A stretch of DNA of 56,786 nt, counting the filler, from Sphacelaria rigidula (lineage: Eukaryota): assembly GCA_964200075.2 (NCBI GenBank). It is 5 parts of 5 records of this genome, joined end to end, with 100 filler letters (N's around TTAATTAATTAA, not from the genome) between each part and the next. Parts side by side here need not be neighbours in the genome. Positions count along the whole stretch, not along the records: positions 45,510 to 56,786 come from CAXNAA020005129.1; 4 more parts are not named here. One strand, 5' to 3'. The notes beneath the pieces were generated by a model. The model saw only the letters and a program-made list of their open reading frames with translations, did not search any database and had not been told where the DNA came from. Positions 46,257 through 56,786 of the stretch are shown here, one piece after another; within the stretch, counting starts at the first letter, position 1, and every line of letters begins with the position of its first letter. The position numbers were made by a program, and so were the translations under genes.

Positions 46257-48866
46257 TTAAAAAACATTCACTACTGTTCTCCTTTCGATGAGTAATGATG
46301 ACTCGTCCGACGTGTTGTGTGTAACCCTCTTGGGGATGTAGAGGAAAGAGAAAAAAGGAACCCAGGAATTCTGAGCGAGTTGAAAAAAACCCTTGGCCAC
46401 GAGAGTTTTCCTATTCACGTTCAAAATCGCGGCAGGCAAACAACGGTGCTTCCATCTTTCAAGAATCGAATGGTAAACGACACCGGTTAAGAGTAAAACT
46501 AGGTGTATTTGCATTCGAAACAAATTGGCATGTATTTGATGAAGACCCGGTTTCTTGAACCACTCACTATCCGCTTTCTTACTCATAATAAATTCTAAAA
46601 GGCCTGACTTCCAAACCACTCATTACCTCGATGCGCTGTGGGGCCATTTCTTCGTGACAGCTTTTGGCCCTTTCGGGGAAGGGGGTTATGGCGGCGTCAC
46701 TCCGTCGTATCTTGTACTGAAGAACTGTTGATAATCAGAGGGCAGCGAGGCCTGTGGTTCATGTATATCGCGACACTGACCGCATGTCATGTTTTTGGTT
46801 TATTCACACTGAGTTGATTGAGAAATTGATCGGATCACGGAACGAGGCAAGGGTTAGAAGAGGCCGAATTCGAAAACAAGTTGAAGTTGGGGAAAAGATC
46901 TTCTGTGCAACCAACTGGCTCAATGTCTCACCCCAGCAGGCGGGACGACGAGAATAACTGTCGTTGCAGTAGTAGCAATACAACTAGAGAGTCAGTTCAG
47001 AGCCGGCACAGAAGTTCGTCTGATATCTTCCATTTATTTGTAGACTATTTTCAGGCACCTGTTGTGTGCGAGGCAGTGAAGGCGAGAAGTTGTGAACAAG
47101 ATCGACTAGGCATGACATTATTGAAAAAATGTCCTGTGCCCGTGACATGTCTAACTCCTTGAATGCTGTAATGAACGCAAGTAAATCGTTCCGTATAATG
47201 AATAACTGTTCCATTTCCAAATGTTTTGTTTCGGGCGGGGTATCTGCTGACTGGTGTAGGGTACTGAAATACTTGTAAAACATATCAGCACATTTAGAGT
47301 ATATGCCTCATTATTTACCTACCGCACCCACCTGGTGCACAGGCAGGCCTGTGGTCTGTATCCAGGTTGTAATAAGGCGGGGCGCACGGTGCGCAAGAAC
47401 AAAGAAAGAACAGTTAATGAAGGTGTTGTGTTTTATTGAGGTTGTGTGTGTGCTTGTCCTCAAAAGTAGGGCCACATTCAGTGGTTCGATCGAAGCAAGG
47501 TAAGAAAAGTTCTACGACTATGTCCGATCTGGAGCTTACTTTGCATCAAAACAAGAAAAAAAAAAACGATTCTCCATATAATGAGAAATTTGATCGAGGG
47601 GGAAGACATAAAACGAGAAAAACCAATAATAACAGGTTGGGATCGGGAAAAGTTCCGAATACCCTCCCTCCCCCACACACCGATCATATATCCTATCTTG
47701 TCCATATTATCTGATGATCATTGTCATGATAACAACTGGGCGGATCTCTCGGCTAAAAACCGAATCGGCCCGCATGGTTACTTTATTTAATATTGGGTAT
47801 TCGTGTGGTGGTACTTTGTGAAGGCTTGAAGAATAAGGCTTACGCCTGCCGTGTTCATTCTTGATGTTTTTCACTGCAGTCAGTAGCTAGTGGTACTGTT
47901 CTGTGAATAAAACAACAGTACAAAACTTGCCATATTATAATATATACCTATTGATGACTATGGCAGTAAAGTGATCCGAAAAAAATATGAACCTGCTCCA
48001 GTGCAATCCGACAAACACGTGCACCCACCGACTACTGTTGTTACGCCATCCATGAGCTATGCACACAGTGGTACAATAATATCAGTAAGTACACAATCAT
48101 CTCCGAAAACACTGTTGTACGGAATGGAATTCGCTCCGGCATGAAGGACGAGTCCTACAGCCAACGGCTCTTCCAGACTGAACTGAGAGTGGCGTTTTTA
48201 TACTGAATCTGATCTGTGCCAACTTGATTGGCTGAACACGAAACTAGAACGTTCCGTCGACCAGACCTGTATCAAAATACCAGAAACTTTCGGGATATTG
48301 ATTATCAGCCAAAGAAACGTCTCTAAAACACTCCCTCTGACAGACAGGCGCCCCCACATCACATAAACTTGTGAGTCAACACGTACACGGCTGCAGAAGA
48401 CGTGAAGGATAAGACATAGAGGGCCAGATATTTTTGTCATCGCCCCACCTCAGGATTAACTCATCGAGTCTAGAACGCCACGGCCGCACACAAGCGCACT
48501 CCAGCCAGCGAATCGTTCAGTGTCATCCCACCCCTTGACGCTGTCCGTTCGTTTGTCGGGAGAGTTACTACCCAGCGCCGAAATACTCCGCGCTTTTCCT
48601 CACCTTGCAGCTTGTAGCTGAAGTACAGAAACGTTTTTTAGCAGCCGGCGGGGCAGACAACGAAGAGAAGGAGAGGTGGAGAGCAGCAGGGAAACGGCAG
48701 CTGATCTCGATAAGCGAAGAACAAGAGCTGAGCCAGAAGAGAAGCACTCACTATAGCTGCACCCGAAGAATTCTGCCAGGAGATTCACGAGACGTGGAAC
48801 TATTCAACGCTAAAACCCGCCGAGCGAAGTGTTGATTCCTCTCCTGGCCCAAGACTAGCACGAGAA

Positions 48867-51800
48867 ATGGCCCCGATTATCATCATGGACCACCACCAGC
48901 ACCTCCTCCAGTCAACGGGCTGGCCGAGCGATGGTAGGCCGCAGCCGACGAGGTCAGGCGGTAGCGGCAGCGGCAGCAGCAGCGGTGGTAGCGGCAGCAC
49001 AGCAGCATATGGCCCTCCTCAGCAGCAGTGGACAGGAAGCGGAGGCGGAGGACAGATGCACGTCGATATGGGATATTCCGCACACCAGGACCACACCTAC
49101 GGCATGGGCTCCCGAGGTTCGTCCATGCCGCGAGGCAGCGGGGGGGGCAGCGGCGGGGGGCTTGGCCTACAGCCGATGGCGCCGCCGTCAATGGGTGGAA
49201 TGGGGACCAGAGACTTACTCGGCGAAGGAACTTTCATGGGGAGGGGTTACAGCATTAAGCGGTGTCAGGGGTTCGTGAGGTGTGACATGGACATCGATGC
49301 AGAGGTTGTCGGATGGGTCATCGGCAAGAACGGTAAGTTTCGAGTTTTGTGAATGATTTGGAAGGACTATAGCACGGAACTGCATCAAAAGCGCACACTT
49401 CACTTATTGAAATATGTACGGAAGTACCGACTGAAGTTGAGCGGAGAGATGCGTGTTTCAGTGAAATCAAAGTGTAGACCATCACCTATTCTCTCTTTAC
49501 CAAGTCGCCAGGGCACGGCGACGTTTGGGATTGTCATCCCTGTTTAGTGTCCTGCGCATCGTTCCGCTACCCTTCGGGCTAGTGGAGTGCGATGCAGCCA
49601 CGCTCGGTTAGTTTGTTTTTGCGTGTTGTGGCGAACTAACGGAATGTTGAGATTGTCAGCGCGCGGAGGAAATACGAATTGGAAACACCGCCCATCTGGC
49701 CCGCCGTTTGTTTTTTGTAATTGAGCTCTTGAAAAATTGTGAGAAAACCATGGACACAAAGTTGTGAACATGACTTAGAATTAGAATGTCTGAATATTCG
49801 CCCAGACCAGCCATGTCATCAGCCACAAGAGCGTAGACGGGGTGGGGGCGGGGGGGATTAAAAGGAACAGTGGACCATGGGCTGAGTCTCCGTTCTGTTG
49901 TAGAACAAGACCGCGAGCAGTCCCGGGTCCCGTAGCATGTGCCTTGTATTTCACGTGTTTCTTGTCTCGTACTGACTTCAACCAAAGTCATGTTTGCTTC
50001 CCTCTCTGCCGGGTGTTTCTCGTGCATTTTCGGCCCATAGAAACAGAAGCGCGGAGAAATTACGGTGTTGCAGGTACTGTTCGTAGAGTACTGTCCCACT
50101 GTCTTCTCTGTTGGTGTCGAAGTGTGCTGCACCGTTCCCCGCAGCGACCAGCGATCATAGCCAAGACACGTCTGTGTGGGAGATACTGTCTCATCCAGGC
50201 TTGTGACATCTGAAATATTCAACAACTACTGAACAGGGGAAAATCCCGAAACCTGTGCGGCAACGCCCATCATGGCACGAAAACGTTGCACACAATCCTG
50301 TATTGCAGACCGTATAACAAAAGCAGTTCATCAACCAGAACACGGCGGCGTTTTTTCCCCACGCAAATTCTGCAATGCATTTACACTATGGAAAGCACGA
50401 CCAGTATAAGCGTGACTGAAAGTTCAATACTTTCGCATCGTTTGGTGTGTGCGTGTTTTTTATCCGCACTATCCGCACTATCATACCTACATCATCATCA
50501 GGCGCTAATATTTGTTTTTGCGGGTGTGGTTCACCGTAAAAAAGTCTGTTGGATTGAAGAAGCACACACGCACAAGCCAAAAAATCACGTTGGGTGTCCC
50601 AGCATCTTGTCCGTGGGTCCCCCGCGTGTGATGCCATGCTCGCCATGAGCTCTGGCCGTCGGTTTTCGTCATCCATCTCGACTTGACGTATGCAGTGCAC
50701 ATATGCATAATAAATGCTTGAGGTTCCTGCTGCGTCTCATCTCATACGTGATTCGTTGTGGTTTATTATATTCGTCTTCAACAAACCACACTTCTGAAAT
50801 TGGTTTAACCAACATCACAAATGAAACACGGCCCCGGGCATTCATTGGATGTCATTGTTAGTGCTGTTCTACGCGGGCTCTGTATACGTCTCGCGGGCAA
50901 GCCCCACGCATCTCCACAGCTATCTCCTTTCTTGTCACCACGCGCGACCGAAAGGCTCCTAGTGACTCCCGACCCCTTGAACGACAGCGCGATAATATGC
51001 GCTGACTGCAGTCTGTATTTGCTCGTCTGTACTAGTTTATTCTCGGAATTGGGTTCCGACGTGTTGTTATGCCGTCGAGAACAGTCGCAGAGCCGAAGGC
51101 CCTACGGAGGGGAAAAGTGTACGCATCTAAAGTGTACGCATCAGTAAGTACATGCTCCCACCACCTCGGGGATCGTTGTGATGTTGAACCTCCGCTGCGT
51201 CATCACAACCTGGATCACCTCCGTCTTTGGGGCGCCGCATGTACTAAATTCATTTGATAAGTGTTACTCGCGGTTTCCAAGTGATGAGGTGTATTCCCTT
51301 CAGTTTCATGTCGCCCAGCTTCCCAACACGTCTGTTACATCTCTTGGCCGAACGGCCGGCCTCCCCTCCCCCTTCCCCCCCAACCAACCTGATGTCTCCC
51401 CGCAAATTCCGCTTTCGTTTGTTGATTGCCAAAACTCAACAGGTAGTACGATCAAGGATATGAAGCACAAGACGGGGTGCAATATGTGGGTGGACCAACG
51501 CGCTTTGAAGCTGACCATTACCGGGCCAGACCTGTCATCAGTCGAGCACGCGGCTAAGTCGGTCGACGCCTACGTGGCCGCGGCGCCCATCAAGGCCGGC
51601 GCCGTTGAAGCGGCGGTCACGAGGACGCTAGACTGTCCCCCGCACCTCCTCGACATGCTTGGCGATCGCACGACCATCGCCCGCATTGTCAAGGAAACCC
51701 ACGCGCAGGTGGTTGTGAACAAAAAGATAGCACGCATTATTGTGCGCGGCGATCACCGCTCGGTCGAGCTCGCCTGCCAAAGCGTGCAGGCCACCATCCA

Positions 51801-52812
51801 GGCTGCCCTCCACGGCGGTCTCGGGCTCCGCGTCAACACACCAGACAGCGGGAACGGCGGTTACTTCTCGGGGAGCGGTGCCGTTGGCACTCCCGTCAGT
51901 CTCTTGTCTCCGGCAGAGGGAGGCGGGCTCAGCGGCATGATGCACATGCTCCCCACCCAAGGCGGGGGCAGTGGTAGCGCTGCCGGCTCCGACTTCAGCG
52001 TACTGGACACGTGGCAGTCCCAGCAGCTCCAACTCCAGATGCAACCCTCGGGGCACCCTTTGCGCCGTCACCACGGGGGCGGACGCGGGTCGGATTCCGA
52101 CGAGTCAGAAATCGAGCTAGAGACGACGTCCCTGGGTTCCATCGGTGCCCGCACCCCCGTCAGCTCTGTCGCGGGGTCGCCCCGCCTGGCCGTACAGCAG
52201 GCACCGTCGCTGACCGCGAGCCCCGCACTGTCTGCCGCCGCTTCCACCCCGGGCGGAGACTGGTCGCTATTTTCGGGCGGTTTTGGTCTCGGCATGGCCG
52301 CTCTCGCCGAGGGCTCTTCTTGCGCCAGCACACCCAGCCTCACGGCGAAGCCGTCTCCAAACGTTTTGTTCCCTGAGGGCATGCAGGCGCTGAGCACGAG
52401 CGCCGTTGTGCTGGGACCCGCAGAGGGGGTTGACGAGCAAGAGGGCAAGGATGCCATCGGCGCGTCTGCTCCACCCCCGTCCCCGGCGTCTACAACCGGC
52501 GAGGCCCAGAAGCAGTTCCGCGAGGCGCTGGTCAACGCAAGCGCGCTAGAGGCGCTGGAGGGCGATGAGGATGAGGATGGAGGTGACATCGAGGACAAAG
52601 TGGCACGCCTCGGGAAGGCCTTGCAAGCCATGGGGCTTGGCAAGTACTGCTCGAAGTTTGCGGAGAACGAGGTAGATCTCGAGGCGTTGGGTCTCATGAG
52701 CGAGGGTGATCTTGAAGACATCGGGATTCCCAAGGGCCCTAGGCTGAAGATCCTCAATGCCGTGTCTCGCGGCGGCGGCGGCGCTCAACAAGCGCAATGC
52801 GAGAATGCTTAA
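48867..52812 (+). CDS. KH-domain RNA-binding protein with C-terminal SAM domain (Bicaudal-C-like architecture), about 611 aa
   Basis: Exon 1 48867-49332 (G|GTAAGT) plus exon 2 51443-52812 (CAACAG|) gives 1836 nt. Splicing restores the KH GxxG loop: IDAEVVGWVIGKN-G-STIKDMKHKTGCNMWVD...LTITG. A second KH-like unit follows (TRTLDCPPHLLDML...HAQVVV...IIVRG...VELAC). C-terminal SAM: LQAMGLGKYCSKFAENEVDLEALGLMSEGDLEDIGIPKGPRLKILNAV. Confidence 0.9.
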
Positions 52813-55800
52813 ATATATCCCTTTTTTTACCCCGTAACGGTGATGGTGGACTCCTACGCACGAGCGGTCCTCAACGCCTGCTGCGTGCGAGCGGGGAAGT
52901 CAGTTCTCAGGTGGATGGTGTAACGTTGTGTTTTTCGGTGGTTTTTGATCGGCTGCTTTCCCTAAATATCTCCTTAACCATTACTTACGGTGTTTTTTTC
53001 TGAGGCTGAGGGCCGGGAGGTTGCTGCTGCGCGGCCTTGTAGAGAGGCCGCTTGCGGAAGCTTGGCGTGTTTGTTTGAGGGAAAAGAAATACAGGAGCTA
53101 TATTGAGCATACGGAAATTGGCAGGTCGTGTGTGGCAATGCCTTTGACGTTGCCGGATTGCCACGGTAACAAATGCGTGGGGTGAATCGGCTACAAAAAC
53201 ATGAAAAGCCTTAACACCCAGTTCTGATTCTTTCTCTCTCCTTCGTGTTTTTTGCGTCCTGTGTTTTTTTCCCGACACATCTCTTTATACAGTTCCATGG
53301 TTCGATGTTTTTTTTGTGCATGTGTGCGTGTCATGTTTTACTCTTTTGTTTTCTCGAACCTGACACTGGATTTAAAACAAAACGAGGGCATGGGGTGGAG
53401 AAACGGGGAGGGATGGGGGTGGGAGAGGCGAACCGGGAAATATTTGGCCTCTGCCATTTTCGTGCGCAGTCTCCCCCGCCCCCTTCCCCCTGCCCTCTTT
53501 TTTTTTTTTTTAACCCGTGTGGGGGACATCCGCAGGTCGGCGCTGCGGTATGGGCCCTTTATTTTTAGGCCTATAAGTCGTCTCCTCATGAAACGCTGTG
53601 CTCTCTTAGGGAATATTCTCGTTCGCAGTTGAGAAGCACATACTTCGCAGTTGTGTCTGGAATTGGTTTGTTCTGTTCTTTGATGTTTTGCAGTTATACT
53701 TCCCGCCCTTCGACTATCCTCGTCCTGGAATAGAACCGAGGAGCTCAGGGAAATTGGAGAAGACGAAAAATAGTATGAGAGGTGGTAGGTGATGGTAGTT
53801 TAGTCGAGTCCCGGTTGCCCTGACAATGGTTCCCGTCTATCAAGCAGGGAGTGGGGAGGGGCGGGGTGGCGGGATACAGACAAAAACGATATTTGGCACG
53901 TATTATGAAAAAGCGGCGGCCGATAGATGGCGGTGGTTTTTTGCGTTGTATGATGACAAGAGATAAAAGACATGATCGATCTGATTGGGGTATTTTGCAT
54001 CAGGAGTTCCAAGCACGTCAAGTTACGAGCCGAGATTTACTTTGTATGGGTGTGCTGTTGTTTCCAGATCGTTTGGGTGACATTTGAGAAAAATATGATT
54101 CACGAAATGAATGGTTGGCGTGTGTTGAGTGTGTCTGTCTCTATCTGTGCGTGCGTGCGTGTGTTTTTTCCTTCTTTCGATCGTCCATATTTTTCGAGTA
54201 GGGTCGGGAGGGGTATTTTTCTCGTCGATGGGGCTCGGGGCCAGCATTGGTTGCTCCGTGGCGTAATGTAAACCAGTATGACAGTGACGCTTTACACTGC
54301 TCGACCGTTACACGCTGTAGTATGTAGGGAGGGGGGCGGGGGGCAGCGAAGGAGACGGGAGGAGATGAAGAGTAGTGAGACACCGCGGAGAGTGGAGTCG
54401 GTCTGAAATGTACGTGTGGGGTCTCTCCGGTAGACGTTTTTCTTTTTGTTTTGTTTCTTTTTTTATTCATCTATATGTGCTTACAAAACGCCTTTGGTGC
54501 GCATTTTTTCTATTTGAGCGAGTTGAGCTGCCGTTTCGGCGCCACGAGCATGTTGTGACAGTCCCCCTTCCCCCCGCCTGAGCCCTGTCTCATGTTTCCC
54601 CATTTCTCCTATTTCAATCACTCTGTAATGAGAAGAATCGGTGCGGAGTTCTTCCGAGAAGATGGCAAGTCGACGCGAGAGTCCTTGCCAAAATTACTTT
54701 ATTGTAACAGTCTGGCGATTTTTTACCGTGCGCGTGTGTCCCGTGTGTGAGGTGGTCACTTTTTTTAGGGTATGTGTTTGTTGGTGTGTTGATCGGTGTG
54801 TTGGATGTTTTTCGAGAACATAAAGCGCAGCTAAACGAACCTATGCGTCCCAACGACGAAAATATGTTGGGTTGAGCGCGTTTCGACCCTTTCTTGTGTT
54901 GTTTTGCTTTACTCTCTTGTCTCTTTCCGCCGATCCCTCCGAGCCCCGTTATTTCTCATGCATTTGCGCGCGGTAAGTGCGCTACGTTACGGAGGGCGGG
55001 TGGAGGAGACCGGGGAAGTCGAAAGCGAGAGAGATTTCGAGAACGATTTCAAGATATTTTGTTTTATTTTCTCCGTATGTTGTGCTTTGTTGGGAGGGTC
55101 GGGATGGTTTTTTACGGGGCACTTCCCCCCTCTCCCACACTGGCTTCTGCCAGCGACGGTTGTGTGGTTGTTTATACGGCAGCGGGGGGGGGGAGGGGTG
55201 TAGGAGGATTGAAAGACAACTTGCCACAGAGAGGGAAAGAAAAGGTGCTCGCAGTTTTCTCTCTGCTGTAAAACTTACAAAAAGGCTACTTCTGAAAACA
55301 TTTGACAAGATGACGAGAGGGTTCTTTTTTTTTTATTAATCAAGGTTGTTTTTGGACACAAAAGAAGAGTTGGAAGGGTAGGAGTACTACTCTTCAGATG
55401 GCGTATGAAAGTGACTTGGTGACTGAAGAATGATTTGGTGATGATCTGTCGGATGACATGATCAATCTGATGATGCTGGTGTTATAAACTTACTACGTCG
55501 TATTTTTTGCTTAGGGGTGTAGGGTAGCGTTAGTATAAGAATGGTGCTTTATCCGATGATGGTGGTGTGTGATGTTATTTGTTGTTTTTTTTCGTCTTCC
55601 TTGAGAGAAGGACGGGGCAAACTGACAGCGTCTCTGGGTAGTGGTGTTGTGCGTCCTACTGCTTTCCCAGGAAACTGGCGAGAGAATTGCGTTTTAGACG
55701 GGTGAGTTTTTGAAAATATATACCATGATGACCTGTAATAAACTGTGCGTGTACATTAGCATACCTGACCTTTCTCGTCTGTGGGTCCACAGACCACAAA

Positions 55801-56786
55801 AGCGCGAATGCAGTGTCGCTGCACACATACCTTTCATGTGACGTCATTGTGTAATGATGTCATTCCGTCATGTGATGAAGCGTTTTGACTCACTTGATAA
55901 CGGTCCAGGGCGGCAAGATACCACCTTGTCAAGCACCCCCCCACACTGACTCCATATGTGTGCATGAATACATGTGATGTGGTGAGTAGGTCGAACTTTC
56001 ATGGTAAATGTGTGACCCGCCTACACTGAATGGCTTGTACCCCATAAAGGTGCCTCCAACTCGTCTCACGTACACTGCTGTCACACTCGTCTCACAATCT
56101 ATACCTGCTCATTCCCCAGCGATTCACGACTCAGATCCATCACTTTTTCCTGATGACGTTTCCTCGGAAACTTGACCAAGGCGGCGGTAAAAATTGCAAG
56201 AAACATGGTTTTGGGAAATGACGGTGGCAGGCATCTATTCAGCGATTTGGAGATGCACGCCACTATTATTTGTTGCGGGCTATACGATGAACATGACACT
56301 TTCAATTAATTATTGACTCAACTGTGAATTATTGGCGAAGGTAGGAGATCGACCACGTGAAATGGACGAATTCCCACAGGTTTCTGTCAAGGGATCCGCC
56401 TTTTCACATTTGAGACATGATGAGATGGGTCCTACGCTTCACAAACAAGAGGCCCAGAGTTCAGATCCTGATCCGACGAAAATGGTGGTTATGGTAGATT
56501 CCCACTGAAGCAGAATTGAGAAACTCACGGCAAAATCTCCTGCGAAAGACGTGAACCATAAGGGAAGTAAAGGGCAATGCCAACCGCCAGCCGACGTTAA
56601 AGGGGGCAGAGGTGATACGGACACTACCAAATAGCACGGAGAAAATCCCCCTCCAAGTGTGCGTCAACGAGTTACCTTTTTTCAAAGGGATGTAGATCGA
56701 GACCAATCTATATTGGCAGATGTCATCTATAATATATAGTAGTCAGCGTCAGAAGTTTTCAGAATTCGTAGTCGTCTTTTTTTCTG

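Noticed and set aside
51178-51442. N-terminal 88 aa of the 544-aa ORF
   Set aside because: Intronic read-through; the KH motif is complete only when 49332 is spliced to 51443.
52068-52757. 229-aa minus-strand ORF
   Set aside because: Antisense shadow of the GC-rich KH-SAM exon.
52813-56786. Many short ORFs in GT-rich sequence and the terminal 1.4 kb
   Set aside because: No recognisable domains or consistent exon chain; probably a long 3'UTR plus decayed intergenic DNA.

Overview
Eukaryotic, intron-rich DNA that looks like a brown alga (Phaeophyceae, Ectocarpus-like). This is inferred from short GT-AG exons split by 0.4-2 kb introns, poly-C/G tracts, TTAGGG-type telomeric motifs and an EsV-1-7 repeat gene. 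The window is five contigs joined by artificial 100-bp N44-TTAATTAATTAA-N44 linkers, so adjacency across linkers is unproven. Five + strand genes were rebuilt by hand with phase-consistent splice sites: (1) a partial RCC1-repeat + BTB/POZ protein (11 exons, 1292-10344); (2) the 3' part of a short MTHFR-like FAD-barrel protein (11829-13570); (3) an intronless EsV-1-7 C3H zinc-finger repeat protein (about 28103-29752, with broken repeats upstream); (4) a partial OSCA/TMEM63 channel with a very large low-complexity loop insertion (34781-42436); (5) a complete two-exon KH + KH-like + SAM protein with Bicaudal-C-like architecture (48867-52812). Introns and intergenic DNA hold a tRNA-derived SINE-like family, two other short dispersed families, two MITE-like elements, palindromic tandem arrays and an inverted duplicated exon-like fragment. 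All family calls are from motif recognition; no database search was run.
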